In this document: positions 34,833 to 36,333 of the stretch, piece after piece
Position numbering within the stretch: position 1 is the first letter of the stretch
Layout: each line of letters begins with the position of its first letter
Origin: Clostridia bacterium
GTDB taxonomy: Bacteria; Bacillota; Clostridia; Oscillospirales; CAG-272
Assembly: GCA_017513325.1 (NCBI GenBank)
Contig: JAFXGC010000096.1
Location: 1-36,333 of the forward strand
DNA length: 36,333 nt
Direction: 5' to 3'
The notes under the pieces: model-generated
Seen by the model: only the letters and a program-made list of their open reading frames with translations
The model's database searches: none
What the model was told of the DNA's origin: nothing
Position numbers and translations under genes: made by a program

Positions 34833-35520
34833 AGATGATAATATGCTTAATTCAGATCCAATTGAATCTGACGTATCATTAAAAGCTCAGGAAGCATTAA
34901 ATGAGCAAAAATACAGGATACTTATGGATGCAGGGCATATTAACGATTCTTTAGTATCTGATGACGGCATAGCAAGTGATAGCAATTTAAAAAAAGATGT
35001 TTCAGATTCTTATGCTGACTGGAAAAGCAAAGAAAAACCTAGCTATGACGATGTATACAGAGACGATATAGAAAAAACGCGCAAAGAACTTGAAACAAGA
35101 GAATTCTCATATGATGTAAACGAGGATGAAGCATACAGGCGATACCGTGACAGTGTAAAGAACAGTGCAGAACTGGCACTTGCCGATGCCATGGGTTTGG
35201 CATCTTCGCTGACAGGAGGGTATTCAAATTCTTATGCACAACTCGCAGGTCAGGCTGCTTTCTCTGATACCATAAAAACCGCTGATGAAAAAGTTTTCGA
35301 TTTTTATAAAGAAGCATACAACAGATATTCAGAAGAAACCGATAATATTGAGGACCGATTGGAGATGCTTCTGGATATGGATGATACGGAGTGGGACAGA
35401 TATATTGATATGCTTGATGAATACAATGATGAAGGCGAAAGACTTTTTGATCAGCTAACTAAAATGTCAGATGAAGAATTTGATCGGTTTTATTCAATGT
35501 ATAAGCTTTCGGTAAAATAA
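34813..35520 (+). CDS. Acidic helical phage-related protein, putative internal virion/ejection protein
   Basis: FSYD.N.D.AY..Y, D.MG.AS.LTGGY.NSYAQ.AGQ.A motif; lies after the nozzle-like gene, where podoviruses encode ejection proteins. Confidence 0.55.
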   Translation: MAKKTNKDDNMLNSDPIESDVSLKAQEALNEQKYRILMDAGHINDSLVSDDGIASDSNLKKDVSDSYADWKSKEKPSYDDVYRDDIEKTRKELETREFSYDVNEDEAYRRYRDSVKNSAELALADAMGLASSLTGGYSNSYAQLAGQAAFSDTIKTADEKVFDFYKEAYNRYSEETDNIEDRLEMLLDMDDTEWDRYIDMLDEYNDEGERLFDQLTKMSDEEFDRFYSMYKLSVK

Positions 35521-35544
35521 AAAACGCCCAATCGGGCGTTTTTT
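35519..35544. terminator. Bidirectional terminator closing the virion module
   Basis: AAAAAACGCCC-AATC-GGGCGTTTTTT. Confidence 0.85.
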
Positions 35545-36328
35545 ATTTGTTTATTGTGATAGAATCAATAACCTTCATAGTAATATCTTCTCTTTCAAGC
35601 TCATCCTCTATGCAAAGGTGAACCACGTAATCAGGAGATATGCGAATCAGCACAGAATAATAGCCTTCGATTCCGCGGGGTTCCCTTTGCAGAAAATAAG
35701 AATAATTATTTCCATTTGAGGTCGTGCCGGTGAAGAACTCACTCATATATAATTCTCCTCCGGCAAGTCCCTTGGAATTTGCTTCATCTAAAGTAACTCC
35801 TGTCTGAACCAACCTCATAATACTCATGGCGCTTGTATATCCTGAATAATCTGTTTTATCAAAATATTTAAAATATCTGCCTTCTTTTCCGCTCCAATGC
35901 TCCGGAATGTCAATGCTTATAGTAATGGGATCAAAATATGTAAGTGCCTCTTGATCACGGTAATCTACATTTTCATCATATGTAAAGCAGAAGTCAAATT
36001 TGTAGCTTTCGGTTGTATAAGAGATGTTATTGAAATCAATAACCTTAACGGGAGTCACGTTTACAATATCTACCTCTCCTGCTTCTTTTCTGAGGTAAAG
36101 CGTATACTCTGTGCCTGTTTTATCCTTAATAGTTGTTCTGTTGTTTTCCAGAAATTTCTCGGTGGCGTCAATGTTTTTGAATTTGATCTTTAAGGAATAG
36201 TCGTATGAATCCTTGGCTAAAGCTTCAAGACTTGCACTTTTCAATAGATTAATAACTTCTTCGCTGTTTTCATAAGAATTCATACTGTTCTGCCATTGTT
36301 CAGTCATAGGGAGTTGCATTTTTTTCAT
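35543..36328 (-). CDS. Hypothetical protein (may extend beyond the window end)
   Basis: 261-aa ORF; the frame is still open at the window edge; no family recognised. Confidence 0.65.
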   Translation of the reverse strand: MKKMQLPMTEQWQNSMNSYENSEEVINLLKSASLEALAKDSYDYSLKIKFKNIDATEKFLENNRTTIKDKTGTEYTLYLRKEAGEVDIVNVTPVKVIDFNNISYTTESYKFDFCFTYDENVDYRDQEALTYFDPITISIDIPEHWSGKEGRYFKYFDKTDYSGYTSAMSIMRLVQTGVTLDEANSKGLAGGELYMSEFFTGTTSNGNNYSYFLQREPRGIEGYYSVLIRISPDYVVHLCIEDELEREDITMKVIDSITINK

Positions 36329-36333
36329 ATCTG

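Larger units (their letters stand above)
30357..35520 (+). mobile_element. Phage-derived virion structural module (domesticated/GTA-like element or prophage remnant)
   Basis: Seven co-oriented intact genes bounded by a divergent host gene and a bidirectional terminator; no integrase, terminase, portal, lysis or replication genes adjacent. Confidence 0.75.

Noticed and set aside
30171-36333. Complete inducible prophage with att sites
   Set aside because: No integrase, repressor, replication, terminase, portal or lysis genes, no tRNA target, and no flanking direct repeat noticed by eye. Sequence beyond 36333 is not visible.
1-36333. CRISPR arrays, tRNA/rRNA genes, IS transposases
   Set aside because: No regularly spaced repeats, structural RNA signatures or transposase ORFs were seen, and intergenic gaps are short.

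Overview
Chromosomal window from a low-GC Bacillota (Clostridia, probably Oscillospirales-like; inferred from gene content and sigma-A promoters). Bases 1-30.2 kb are mostly housekeeping: holB-yaaT-ferredoxin-tRNA methyltransferase-rsmI-metG-tatD (minus); oxidoreductase-coaE-lytic transglycosylase-M18 aminopeptidase-prfA-sua5-topoisomerase IIA subunit A-MFS (plus); feoA-feoB-Cys-rich peptide with three palindromic operator boxes; EamA and ThrE transporters, a DUF3048-like lipoprotein, a D,D-carboxypeptidase, pgi, an MGMT-family gene and DUF4317. The most notable feature is at 30357-35520: a compact, intact, tightly coupled 7-gene podovirus-like virion module (scaffold, N4-gp56-family major capsid, small protein, adaptor-like, nozzle-like, small protein, ejection-like). 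No integrase, terminase, portal, replication or lysis genes lie next to it. It is a candidate domesticated phage-derived particle (gene-transfer-agent-like), although a prophage remnant cannot be excluded. Other points of interest are a Tyr-rich leader peptide with a hairpin before the EamA gene, REP-like repeats (one now encoding the Sua5 C-terminus), a probable leaderless gene, and small genes missed by the ORF track. All family assignments come from motif recognition; no database searches were run.
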